Part shown: positions 1 through 12,400 of the stretch, piece by piece
Layout: every line of letters starts with the position of its first letter
How positions within the stretch are numbered: the first letter of the stretch is position 1
Origin: Podarcis muralis
Taxonomy: Eukaryota
Reading direction: 5' to 3'
DNA length: 64,000 nucleotides
NCBI RefSeq assembly: GCF_964188315.1
Contig: NC_135662.1
Span: 57,784,001-57,848,000, forward strand
Translations under genes and position numbers: made by a program
The notes under the pieces: generated by a model
Databases searched by the model: none
Told to the model about the DNA's origin: nothing
The model's input: the letters and a program-made list of their open reading frames with translations, nothing else

Positions 1-129
1 ACCTGGTTGGCTATGACTATGAGACCAGGTGGGCTTGTGACATGATCTTGCATTTGTATGTTGCCACTGTCTTAGTGTGGTGAACTTAAGCATGCCCTAA
101 CTTAGAGGGACATTCTTGTTCCATTTCAG

Positions 130-733
130 CCTTAATGGTGCAGACTCTGCAGTCCTTAAGAGATGAAAAGTTCTTGCAGAATAAAGCCACTTTAACCTCC
201 TTCAGCCTCCCACCTCAGCAAGAAGTACTGAAATCCTTGGCTCTCCTCCTCCTGACTGAAAACAAAAGGGAGACCCACGAGGCTGTGGCATCCTTGTTGT
301 CGGCTGCAGCAGAAGACAAGGACTTCAGGGAAAAGGTAGGTGTGATGGGAAACGGTAACAAAATTATGAGTACTGGGGTAGAGCTGTTAGCTAGGGCATT
401 TCTCTGAGGCTATTAAGGCTTCATGGCGGGAAGGAACTCTCTAGCTAGACAGGGCGGTCTAACATTTCATATCAAGTGGGCCGCAAGAGTACTTCAACCC
501 AGAACCCATGGTCCCTATGCTGCCTTGTATGGTGGGAGGAGCAAGGCCAAAATTTGATGCGTCACCCCCAGCCCTCATGCTGCCTTCCCAAAGCTAAGTG
601 AGGCACCAGGCTCTGGGAAAGAGGTGTTAGTCTCTGGCAAGGTCCTAGAGGCCTCTCACCTCTAGAGGAAGATGGAGGACTCAAGGACCCTGTCAGAGCT
701 CTCACACCTTCTTCCTAAAGCTCCATGCCTTGC

Positions 734-777
<44 letters not shown>

Positions 778-3700
778 TTATTTATTTATACCTCGCCCAT
801 CTGGCTGGGCTTCCCCAGCCACTCTGGGCGGCTTCCAAAAGAATATTAAAATACTGTGATACATCAAACATTAAAAGCTTCCCTAAACAGGGCTGCCTTC
901 AGATGTCTTCTAAAAGCCTGGTAGTTGTTTTTCTCTTTGACATCTGGTGGGAGGGCGTACCACAGGGAGGGCGCCACTACCGAGAAGGCCCTCTGCCTGG
1001 TTCCCTGTAACTTGGCTTCTCGCAGTGAGGGAACCGCCAGAAGGCCCTCAGTGCTGGACCTCAGTGTCCGGGTAGAATGATGGGCGTGGAGACGCTCCTT
1101 CAGGTATACTGGCTTTGAGAAGGCAGCTGGAGGAGGGGCCTCCAGTGTTGCTGAGGACCGGACCACCCTGAGTTAGGAAATGGGGTTGGGACTATAGGAC
1201 TGTTTAGCCCCAGTTCCAAGCAGCAGCATGTAGAGAAACAGCATCTCTCCCTATATAACCTCAGCTGGGATAGCTCAGTTGGTAGAGCATGAGACTCTTA
1301 ATCTCAGGGTTGTGGGGTCAAGCCCCACATTGGGCAAGAGAGACCTTTATTGCAAGGAGCTGGACTTAGATGTCCCACAGGGTCCCTTCCAACCCTGTGA
1401 TCCTTTACACCCAGGGAAGCTCTGCTTCAGGTATTGCATTGATTCATTGTGAGTTTGGATTAGGGCCCTGGTGTAAAGGTTTTCAGACTCTTTACCTCTG
1501 TTTTTGATTTTGGATTGCATTAGTTAGGTGGTGGTTTTGCTATAATTGTTGTTAATCCTAATTTATCTTGGTTTTATAGTTTTGAATTGGAATAAGTAAG
1601 CTGCATGCACTTCACATATGCCAATAATTTGGAATGGCCCCTGGAGCCCATAATCTGCTTTAGTTTCTCCTTCGGGTGGGGAACCACATGTTGCTGAACT
1701 GCAATGCCCTTCATACTTCATCATTGCCCATACTGGGTGGGGCAGAGTTGGAGTCCAACAACATAGGGAGGACTGCTGGTTCTCAATCTTTGCCTTAAGT
1801 GCTGCCTTAAGTCTTTCTGTGACATGCAGTTACAGCTTCCTCCTCATTGCCTCCCTTTTTCTCCCCCTCCCAGGCTTTAATTTATTACTGCGAAACCCTT
1901 GCACAGCCCAGCCTCCACCTGCAGAAGGCAGCTTGTCTGGCCCTGAAATGCCTCCAGGTAAAGTTTGCCTTCTTTTCTTTCCCAGGCACAGCAAAAGGTC
2001 AAGCAACAGCAAGGGTTTCAATAGCCCCTCTTGAGCAAACAGTAACAATCAGAGTCTTGTTCTTCTGCATTAGCCATCCTGATATTACTTTGCAAAAGTG
2101 AGGGGTTTTTTTTAATTTTTTTGCACAAGTAATTTAGAATCTTGAAGTATCTCCAGGATGAGAAGTGTAAACTGTGCATGAGAGCTCTTGCCCCTTTAGG
2201 AGGTGCACAGACTTAACTTATAATCAGAAAACTAATGCTTACGCAGTAGAACAACAACAACAACAACAACAACAACATATGGAGAACACTGGAAAATGGG
2301 GAAGGGGGGCTTTGACAGTGCAGTACCACCAAGATCTGCCGTTGCACCTACAACTAGGATCTGTTTAAATCGCTATCATGTTGTGGTTTTTGTACTTCCA
2401 AACAAAACCACCACATAGATTGTAGCACCATTTCAGTTCACAAGAAGTACTGGGGCAGAGCAATTGCCCCAGTGATGGTGGGCGGGGTGGGGGGCAGATC
2501 CACTGCTATTTCCCAAGCCCTGCTGGGTCATGGCAGCCAGGGCAGAAAGTGATGGCGGTGGTGGGAAACCAGTTCTTTTTCCTCCTCTTCCACTGCCTAC
2601 ATAACTGCTGGCCTAGCTTCCAGCTCTGTTTGGGAAGGGGTTGTTGGAAGAATGAAAAAGCTGAGTATCCTGAGGCAGTGGCGGAGCTGGGTGCTCCGGC
2701 ACCCAGAGCAGCACACATCCCAGCGAGGCCCACGGGGGCGAGGACGATCCTCCCAAGGGGCAGGGTGATCTGCCCACGGGGCCGATTGGTGCAGCTGCAC
2801 GATCCTCCCCGGGGGCTGATCTCGGCACGGGGGTGCGCTGAACATTAACTCCTTCAGGCTGAAGGGGGTGACATTCAGTGCCCCCCAAGCCTACAGCGAG
2901 CCGGGGGAAGGGGGAGAGCCACAGCAGCTGCTTTGCCGCTTGCCACTTGCTGGGCTTGGGGGAGTAGTGCCAAATGTCACCCCCCTTCAGGATGACACCT
3001 AGGGTGACCCACACACCCCTTCCTACACCCGTTCTGAGGTTCCTCAGCCCCCCAATATGCTCCAAACACTCCCCGTTTTGGGCCTCACAAGTGTTGGAGC
3101 ACTACCTACAGGATATCCGAGACTATAGCATTGCACCCTAAACTTTGCTTGACCTGTGGGTGCATTGCCTAATCTCAGGGAAGACAGAATTAAGAGCAAG
3201 TCATGAAATGACAAAAAAAAAACCATAGAATTTTGCCTGTGTACACCCAAACCAGCTGTAGAGTGCCATTGTAATACAGAATTAACTAAAGATTTTTAGT
3301 AATAACCTTTTAGTTATGGCAAATGTGGCTCTTGTAGCATAGTGGTAGTTTAGTAGTAATAAATCTATTGTTGTGAATAATAGTCATTTTAAGAGCTTTT
3401 GTTCATAATGCAATAAGGTACATAAGACAGTAAGACAAAAGTTAACAAAGCTTGTGAAAGAGAACCTAGGACCTGCAACAGCATTTCCTGCAGGGATCCA
3501 GCTGACGTGAGCTGTTTATCTTTTCCTTGACTGTTTTGTGCATCTTCAGTTTCATGCCACAAGCGCTACCAAAATGTATCAGGTGTCTCCCAATGGAGGG
3601 AGCAGATCCACACGATATTTCATTTTGCATGTGGCTCTGCTGTCCCCGCTGAAATTACGTAGTGAGGAAAGTCATATGTGGATAAAAGCCCTCCTCTGTT

Positions 3701-5512
3701 GCACTCTGTGGGTGCATCACAGACAACACATGTGGGATTCTGGATTTGAGCTCTGGGCTTCTGCAGAGAAATAGCAAACTCCAGATGAGTTCATAAAATG
3801 TTTCACACAGATTTGAACAACTGGACAGAGAATCGGTGATTATCATAAACCATTTGGAACGAGAATAGAAAATAATGAACTTGTTTATGTTTTTGGTATA
3901 GGCAACTGAAAGTATTAAAATGCTAGTCACGCTTTGCCAGTCTGACAATGAAGAGATCAGGAAGATAGCCTCTGAAACCCTTCTTTCTCTTGGTAGGTTG
4001 ACTAACTTTATGCCATTCCACTATTAAATAAATAATACAGTAAAAGCAAACTGATGAAAAAATGGGACAAAAGCAGAGAGTGGGGTGTGGGTAATAGAAG
4101 AGCAATGACAAAGAGAAACTAGGAAGCACTAGCACAGCACTGGTGAGTCCCAAACTCTTATTTCTCCATAACATCTGAATCAGGAGAGGCAGTGCAAGCC
4201 CTCAGTCAGTGGCTGGATGCAATGGTGGCCTGGACTGTGGTCAATGAACTCAGCTTGGACCCTAGGAATACAGGGGTGGGTGGGTGGCTCCTACGTGCGG
4301 GAGATAGATCTGTCACCTGTTCTAATTGCCAATGCACTCCCTCTGAAGGAGCAAGTCTGCAGTCCTCTGTGGCTAGGGGTGCTTTCTACAAGCTCTGGCT
4401 ACTATGCCAGCTGTTACTGTTCCTGGACCACAGTAGCTTAACCGCAGTGACCCACACATTGGTAACATCAAGACTTGATTACTGTAGCACACTTTATGTG
4501 GGGCCACTCTTGTATCTGGTTCAGGAGTTGTAGCTGGTGCAGAACACAGCAGCCAAACAGCTCACAGGAGCAAGTTACCGGCAATGTGTTTACTCCTCTG
4601 CTGAGATGTCAATTTGCTGGTTGCCAATTTGCTTCTGAGCTAGCTTCTTTTGCTAATTCTCAAAGCCCCCCCAAAAACCCTTGGGCTCAAAGTACCTTAA
4701 GATCCCTTATGCTCCATCTAATCACCGAGATCCTTTGATGGGGCACTTCTTCCACACCCGAGATTTGGTCAGCCTTTATTAGGGATTGAGCTTTTATTGT
4801 GGCAGGCTCTGCCCTGCAGAACTCCCTGTGGTAGAGGTTCAGCAGGAATTATTCCTGCCCTTCCTTTAGGCATCTCCTAAAAGCAGTGCTGTTCAGACAG
4901 GCCTTTGCAATGCAAATTTCTTTTTCCCAACCAACATTTATTGCTTTTTTAATAGACCCTTTTGTTGCTCCTGCTGTTTTGTATGGTATATACCTCTTTA
5001 TTGGGGTCGGCAAAAGTGGAACTTTAAAAATATTTAAATCCATAAATTTGCAGCCACTGAACAGCACCTAACCTTCCCTTAATGCAGTGGTTCTCAAAGG
5101 GTGTAGCAGGAAAGAATGGCAAGCATGGCAGGAGATTCAAGGACAATCAGTATACTGTTTTGGGAATAATTCATGTTCTTACGTAGCTGCATTGTTTTAT
5201 ATTTTCTGGATGTCCCATGATCATGTTATAAAGTAGTTGTGTTCTATGTTATAAATCAAGCACTGCTAGTTGTTTCTTTTTGTTTTCCAATGTATTTATC
5301 ACGTTTTAAAAAGTTGGTGTGGCACAAGCATATTTTTATTCTGAAAGTGTAGCCTGGAGAACCTCTGAGTTCATGTGACATTTGCCTTGCTTCTCATTTT
5401 TCTCTGCTCAGGAGAAGATGGACGGTTGGCATATGAGCAGCTAGATAAATTCCCTCGTGAATTTGTTAAGGTTGGTGTACGACGTGGGACTGAGGTAGCC
5501 ACAGCCTTTTAA
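130..5512 (+). CDS. RIPOR2: RIPOR2 (FAM65B), last four coding exons; gene continues upstream of the window
   Basis: join(130..335,1874..1957,3902..3992,5412..5512). All have AG/GT boundaries and consistent phases. Translation [12 protein letters not shown]...FREK|ALIYYCETL...CLALKCLQ|[30 protein letters not shown]|[33 protein letters not shown] matches the recognisable RIPOR2 C-terminus. Confidence 0.96.
735..1112 (-). mobile_element. L2 LINE 3' fragment with (TAA)14 tail
   Basis: Minus-strand translation [35 protein letters not shown] is an L2 ORF2 C-terminus. It is followed by the 3' UTR and a (TAA)n tail at 735-776. Near-identical pieces lie at 14837 and 56228. Confidence 0.8.
1264..1400 (+). 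mobile_element. tRNA-Lys(CTT)-derived SINE or tRNA pseudogene with CR1-like 3' tail
   Basis: 1264-1336 aligns to tRNA-Lys-CTT (TAGCTCAGTTGGTAGAGCATGAGACTCTTAATCTCAGGGT) but the acceptor stem is broken and the B-box is mutated (GGTCAAG). It continues into a CR1-type tail (GGTCCCTTCCAACCC). Confidence 0.7.
2250..2276 (+). repeat. (AAC)9 microsatellite
   Basis: Direct reading; lies in a RIPOR2 intron. Confidence 0.95.
4190..4740 (+). mobile_element. Old degraded L2 LINE ORF2 fragment
   Basis: Motifs [18 protein letters not shown] and [18 protein letters not shown] resemble L2 RT-downstream motifs; frameshifted. Confidence 0.65.
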
Positions 5513-6354
5513 GAGTTTAATCTGCATATTAACACAACAGCTTCAGAGGCTGGTCTTCTTTAACAACAACGGTGCTGTAGCTGAACTGCAAGAAGATTCA
5601 CAGGTGTTCGAAGAAGAATGAATCTGAGGGCTCTTACTAGCTTCGCTCTGTAACTTATAATGAAAACAGTGATTTGTCAAAGATTGCATTGCTTTGCTTT
5701 TGAGTGAAACTAGGCCACTGCCATACAGTCAGCCTCGGCAAATACAACAGATGTTTTGTAATCATAAATGAGGCATTTTAAATTGTATATGGTGGGTTTT
5801 CTGTGAATATAATTGCATCAGTTTAAAACTTTGTGATGCTTCCTCTAAATCGGTGGAAAGGAAAAAGCAAACTGAGTAGGACTTTTAACAGCAGTTATGA
5901 CTCCCATCTGTGCTGTGCCTCAGTTGCCTTCAAGTATCTCCTGCCTTGTTTTTGTTATCAGTAGCACCACTTAGTATGAACAATCTTCAGATGACGGGCC
6001 TGACTCTGGAAACAGCAGGATGCAAACTCCAGGTTTCAGTAATTCTGACTCATTTCTTATTTCCATTCTTGCTCTTTTCTGGCTTCCAGTAATGACCTCC
6101 AAATGATTTTTGTAAATAAAAACAAACAAACATTCTCAAGCAGTCGTGCAGGTTGTATAAAACAAATAGGTGTTTTCCTTTTTTCCAGAAAGGGCATATG
6201 GCCACATTATACTTTTACATGAAAACACCAAGATTTAATCTTCCTTTCCCCTTCCTTGACATTTCAAAAAAGAATGAGGTTTTGTGCATTTATAGCTGGG
6301 AGCTACAATGATTTCAATGTAGAAGAGAACAAGTGGTGGAGATCTCTGGGACTA

Positions 6355-6615
6355 CAGTGGTGCCCCGCAAGACGAATGCCTCGCAAGACGAAAAACTCAC
6401 TAGACGAAAGGGTTTTCCGTTTTTTGAGTCGTTCCGCAAGACGAATTACCCTATGGGCTTGCTTTGCAAGACGAAACGTCTTGCGAGTTCTTGCGAGTTT
6501 GTTTCCTTTTTCTTAAAGCCTCTAAGCCGCTAACAGTCGTGCTTCGCAAGACGAAAAAACCGCAAGACGAAGAGACTCGCGGAACGAATTAATTTCGTCT
6601 TGCGAGGCACCACTG
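6355..6615. mobile_element. Tc1/mariner (Tigger/pogo-like) MITE, 261 bp
   Basis: TA TSD on both sides; TIR CAGTGGTGCCCCGCAAGACG / CGTCTTGCGAGGCACCACTG; multiple internal GCAAGACGAA motifs. Confidence 0.88.
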
Positions 6616-8029
6616 TACGGTACTTCAAATTGAGTCATTCACACACACACTATCTGCAACAATCAAGGTGACAGAAAGCATGCTATGATGCTAGTTTTCT
6701 TAGAAGTAAATTCCAGTGTGCAATGGTGGTTACTCCCAAGTTAGTATGCATGGATTGTAACTTGAAGGTGTTTTATTGAAGCCTTCATCAGACAATAAAG
6801 AGCTCATAGCTCTTCAACCATTGGGCACTCCTCCTTGGAGACATACAGATTGTGAAGTGCTGGTTGTTGGTTTTTTTAAAATAAATTTAACAGAAGTCTT
6901 TCCCCCCTTTTTTGCCAAAATGCATTGGCAAGCCAGTATTCTTAATTGTTAATGTTGTAACACTGTATATACCTGTATATTATAAATTATAAATATTCTG
7001 ATTAAAAGCTGTACAGTCACTCAAAAGTTTTACTGAAGGGGAAAAGTCTCTTTTACGAAATGTGAAATAAGTAATTGTGCTCTGGTTTTTACAGCACATT
7101 GCTGCCACAAGCCTACAGTCTTTCATTGTCGTCTTTTGTATTGATTTTTGGCTTACATTTGCCTTCTAGGTTTGTGGTATTTGTACTTCTCATATATACG
7201 GCTCCTGTTTAAGTTATAATAAAGATTATTTTTGAAATACTAAATAGCATTGTTTTTACTTTGGTCGACTTATTTCTTCCACCAGTGCTAGACTTGGACT
7301 TCCAACTTGATCAAGATGGTAGTTCTGAGAGAAAAACAGCAAGTAACCTCAAATGACAATATGTCCAGGTATCCCGTACACTGTCACCCCAGCTTTGTTT
7401 GCCTATAAATATGTCAGAAGAGTTGGCAGAAAACATGTTTCAGCACTAGGGAGAAAGCACTGCAAAACTGCCTCCCTTTTGAGTTTTTAAAGCTACAGCA
7501 AAGATTTGCAAGTACACCTGGAAGTCTGAGTGGGCTGCCTGCAGACAGTTGCTGAAACTTTGGAGAGCAACTAGTCCTTCTGCAAGTTTGTTGGGAAGAT
7601 GGTAGTAGAGGTGGTGTTTGGATTTGCCAGCCTCCACCGCTGGACAGGTAAGGGAAAATAGCTCTATCTGTAAGAAGGTATGATCAACAATAAAGTATTG
7701 GTTGCGGAGGGAAACAAGTTTCTTTACAGAGGTAATTTAGACCCATGGGGCTGAAGGATAAATCTCACTTTTTAAAAAAATGTGAAAATATAACTTATTG
7801 GCTTAACCCACCACCAACCGCAGGATAGGATAGCTAAGAATCTACACAAGTATGACATCATACTATCTCCGTTTTCCATTCTATTTACTGCACTCATTGC
7901 CTAGTTACCAGCTGTGTGGGCTTGCGAGTCAAATGTGAATCAATACTTCAGTGTCCCAACACTTCCCTGTGGGTAGAGTGAAATACAGCTTTAGAAAGAC
8001 ATTTTTCCTGAAACCAGTCTTCAGGCAAT

Positions 8030-9028
8030 ATGGGAAGCAAGTTTAGCAAAATAGCAGCCTGGTATAACAAGCATATCAAGCATGAGAGGGAACCCGCAAT
8101 CAAGCTCATAGACCCTGTCTTTCACCACCATAAAATCAAAACCTACGGCATTGAGCTGAGAGATCCAGAGCTGCCCCTGGAAGACAGAGCCACAGCTGCA
8201 TTGTATATTGGACTTCTAACTTACACAGGTATGCATGTAAATAGACAACAGCTGCCAGTTTGAGAAAAGTGTATTGTCCATCTAAGTTATAGTTGGGTTA
8301 GGCCCATTAAAATGAAGAGACCAAAGTTAATTGTGTCCTAGTCCAAGTAGAAACAGCACTAGATATGACTGAGTAAATGTGCAGTAAAATTGTAAGTATG
8401 TTTAATAGCTCAAGTGTCAGGATTCAAGGGACTCCATCTCATGGCTACGAAATCTCTCAATTTACATTAGCCATTAAAAACAGACAAATATTCAGGCATA
8501 GCAGTGTTCCAGCATATTAGTGAAATAATCAGTAACATGTCTTCCTTTACAGGTGGTGTCAATGCTGCTTTGCTTGCATCAGAATACATTCAGGATATGA
8601 TTAATATTTTGCTTATGCCAGACACTTCTGGGGAAGTGAGGACCTATGTATTAAAAGGGTTGTGTGGCATTTGCTACCTAAGCTACTTAAACCAAAATGA
8701 AGCCAAAGACAGACATCTTATGGAAATTCTCCTTGCTTATCTGGATGAAGATGAAAACCCTGAAGATGACGACCCTCTAGATATAATCACTATGAAGCTC
8801 TGGGTTTGCTACCTTATGACTGTTGTCTGCTGTAACAACATCCCTTATCTCAGGTTATTTAATGAAGTGGGTGGCCAAAAGCTACGTAAAAGTCTGGAGT
8901 CCCTGTCTAAGTTGGAATGGTTTAGCTGGCCGCAAAACTATGCCAAGTTAATGCTAGCGCTTCTAGCCTACCAAGAACAGATAAAAGAATCACTAACAGG
9001 TAGAGCTAAGAAATCCAGCTTACAATAA
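8030..9028 (+). CDS. ARMH2: ARMH2 (C6orf229), armadillo-like helical domain protein, 224 aa
   Basis: join(8030..8228,8553..9028), phase-1 GT-AG intron. FHHHKIKTYG..LPLEDRATAALYIGLLTYTG|GV and KLWVCYLMTVVCCNN..W..WPQNYA resemble ARMH2; position is syntenic between RIPOR2 and GMNN. Confidence 0.85.
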
Positions 9029-9496
9029 AAGTGCCAGGTGATAAATGGTGTTTGGGGAAGTATCCAGAAATACTAAGTAAATTATTGGTTGGGGCTGACA
9101 TATAGCATACATATGTACTACACTTCTGTTCTCAAAGGTTTAAAGGGGGTGGGTGGGAACTATTATTCCGTGTCCATTACCTTTTAAATAGCTGGCTTAG
9201 ACTTGCAATATATGTTCTAAAGTACAGCATTTTACAACTGTGTAATATCTGTGCAGAGAAGTTTATTTGGCAGTTCCACATACATGAATAAAAAACTATT
9301 TACAAATTGAAATACATAGTATTCCCATTTAATCAAGTAACCAGATGAAGTCTAACACTTCCATTACACTTCCACCGCTGCAAAACCCACCCTTTGAAAT
9401 TTCAAGTGAATCTTTAGATTTCAAAGGATTCTACTCTTCCCCACCCCAGACATGACACACGGGCAGTTCATTTTCCCTTTCAGAGGCCCAATACTT

Positions 9497-12400
9497 TCAG
9501 AGATTACTTGTTTCATTTGTCAGCAGATCTGTAGAATTCCTCGAGAGCTGTGAAGGTTCCCCTTCAGTTTCTCCATCTAAATCCTCCTCAGTAGAATCAC
9601 TTTCCTCATATGCAATTTCTTCCAGGTCTAGATTTTTCAGTGTCTCTAGACTTTCTGGTGCCTGTCCAGTTAGTCGCTAGAGAGGTATGATGAGACATTA
9701 GTGATACTGTCAGAACAGTGGTAGAATTTAGCTTTTGAAGCCAAGTAATATATTATACAGCAGTTAACTTTTTTAGAGATATTACACCAGAACTACATGC
9801 TTTATACAACAATTTGCAAAGCACCTTGCACATTCTCCTAATAACATTATCTTACATGGCGGTCAGAATTATTATCTTACTTCAAATCGTGGGGGGTGGG
9901 AGGGAAGGGAGAATAATGCAGAGGCAAGATACAGGATTCTGTGCTGTTAAGACCTGGTTGAGATGAAGTAAAAAAAGTTCACATTCTCTCAACCAGATCT
10001 AAGAGTCCCAGAATCCTGCATTATTTATTTTTTTGGATATACAACTTTAACCTGCAGAGAAATGTACAGTATATTCAATTTTGACTTTATAGTCACTTTC
10101 TCTAGAGACTACCTCAGAAAATAATTTTGAGGCAAGGCTGGGAGAGTCCTAGCACATGACCTCCAAACTTCAGATTAGACAAGATCTCTGCAAAGCACAG
10201 ACCCCAACACTGATGTTACTTGTGTACAAGCTACAAGTATCAGTTGTTAGGTTATCAGCTGAAATATATGACCTAAAAACTGGTGCCTACATTTAAAAAG
10301 GGGAAAGCTAAGTAGAACACAATACAATTCACATTTGACATTTTGCTTTTATATCAACACCAGATTAGACTTCTTACACAAGATGGCAAAGCACTTTGAA
10401 CCACTGTTTATCAGAAGCATCTTCTCCAAGAGATATTTTATAAGCATAATGTTATAACAACGGTGAAAAAAGCACAAGCCAAGAAAAGGATTCATGTTCC
10501 AAGATATCCTGCTTTTAGACTTTAGATCAGGATGCACAAGATTAGGCCTGGGGGCCGGATGCGGCCCAATTGCCTGCTCAATCTGACCCACAGATGGTCT
10601 GGGAATCAGCGTGTTTTTACATGAGTAGAATGTGTGTTTTTATTTAAAATGCATCTCTGGGTTATTTGTGGGGCATAGGAATTTGTTCATTTCCACCCAA
10701 AAAAAAATATAGTCCGGCCCACCACATGGTCTGAGGGATGGTGGACCGGCCTACAGCTGAAAAAGGTTGCTGACCCCTGCACAAGATCTTTGTGAGATTG
10801 ATCAAAATAACACATTTTGTCTGGGTTTATCAACAGGGCACTTGAGCATATGTTCCACCACCCACATTTGTTCACCATTTACTCTGTTTTTGCAAAGTAG
10901 CCCCAATAATAGATGGTAACAATCCCTTGTGCAAGATTAGACAAGATGCAGAATACAGTTTGAGAATATTGGTGTAGCTTCTAGCTTACCTCAATCATAT
11001 TTGCCATATATTGTACATGGCTGGCTAGCTCTGCAAGCTCTTCATTTTCTTCTTTTAGACGAGCAATTTCACCATCTTTTAATTCAATTTCCTTATGGAG
11101 CTAGGGGGGAAAGCAGACAGGGTTTAAGCATCAATGGTAGTGAAAAGCTGATACTTTTGCTGATACTACATAAAATTACCTTTTCATTTTCTTGCAACAC
11201 CTCATACAGAGCTTTCCTCCTCTCCTCAGCCAATTCCTTCCAATACCGAGATGAAGGATTGCCTGCAAAGAAATTAAAGATTTTAAAGTCCCCATGTGCA
11301 CATCATAGAAAACCACTGTTAAAGGTTTACAGTGAACATGCAGGCAGGTTCTGCTTGCTCCTCCTAGTGTGAGCAATAAGCCATGATCCTTGGTTCTTGC
11401 ATTCTGTCTGAACCAGAGTTTATGCTTTATTTGCTCAAATCAACCACAAATGGCCAGGCAAATGTTGGCTTTACAATGTAGTTTGTTTGGAATGAAAAAA
11501 TGCAACCCCCAGTTCAGACATAATGCCTTATAAGCCAAGGATCATCACTGATTGCTCCCACTGTGAGGAGCAAAGTAGGAGCCATCTGTACATTCATGAC
11601 AAGCCATTAGCTATAGCTTACTGTGGCATACAAGTGCAACAACAAAGCAGGTGGATCATGCTTTGCATGCACATGGTTGAAGGTTCAATCCTTGGAATCT
11701 CCAGGTAGGGCTTGAAGCACAGGGAAACTGCTGCCAGTCAGTGGAACTTGATGGAACAATATAGAACATGATGGACCAATGGCCTGACTCAGGCAGCTTC
11801 CTATGTTCCTAGGACTGCAAACTATGGTATTCAAAATTTGATTTCTGGGACTCCCTTCCCATACTTTTGACTCAAGTCTTATTACTATTAAGAAAATATA
11901 TAGCCAACTTTTCCACTGCAGAAACACTCAAGGAGCTTACAGTTACTAAAACCATCCACACACAAAAAAATACAGCATTAAAGCAGACAGGAACAGCAAA
12001 TCATGACTTAAACATAAGAATTGCTGCTGATCAAGCTGCTTATCTCCATGCTTCCTTTTGATTAGACTAAGCCTGCTCAACTAGCTAAGAGTATTGGGGG
12101 GCCCCAATACATGATGTGTCAAGTCAAATGCCATCTGCAAAGGCAGTGTGGCACTATTACTAAGTGAATCTTCATTTCAATACAGTGCAGCAGTTAAGTG
12201 CTTTCCATATTCTGCCAAACTCGCCCAAGTTTGTCAAAGCAGAAACAAAAACCTATGCATGCAAGAATGTGCATTTGAGCAACCACACTGAGAAGTGTGT
12301 ACCATACTATTTTCTGTAGGTTCACACTTGCTTATCACTGGCAAAGTATCGAGAGGGAAAGAAAGCAGCAGCGGAGAGGAACAGAAGCAGAAAATGTTTT

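Noticed and set aside
864-1166. 100-aa ORF (and the similar 123-aa ORF at 14767-15138) as genes
   Set aside because: They are L2 ORF2 tails from truncated repeats.
1264-1336. Functional tRNA-Lys(CTT) gene
   Set aside because: Acceptor stem mispaired, T-loop GTTC mutated to GGTC, and it runs into a retroposon tail.
2446-3040. GC-rich patch with several overlapping ORFs
   Set aside because: No recognisable protein or splice-compatible exon; probably a decayed DNA transposon, but I could not define matching TIRs/TSD.
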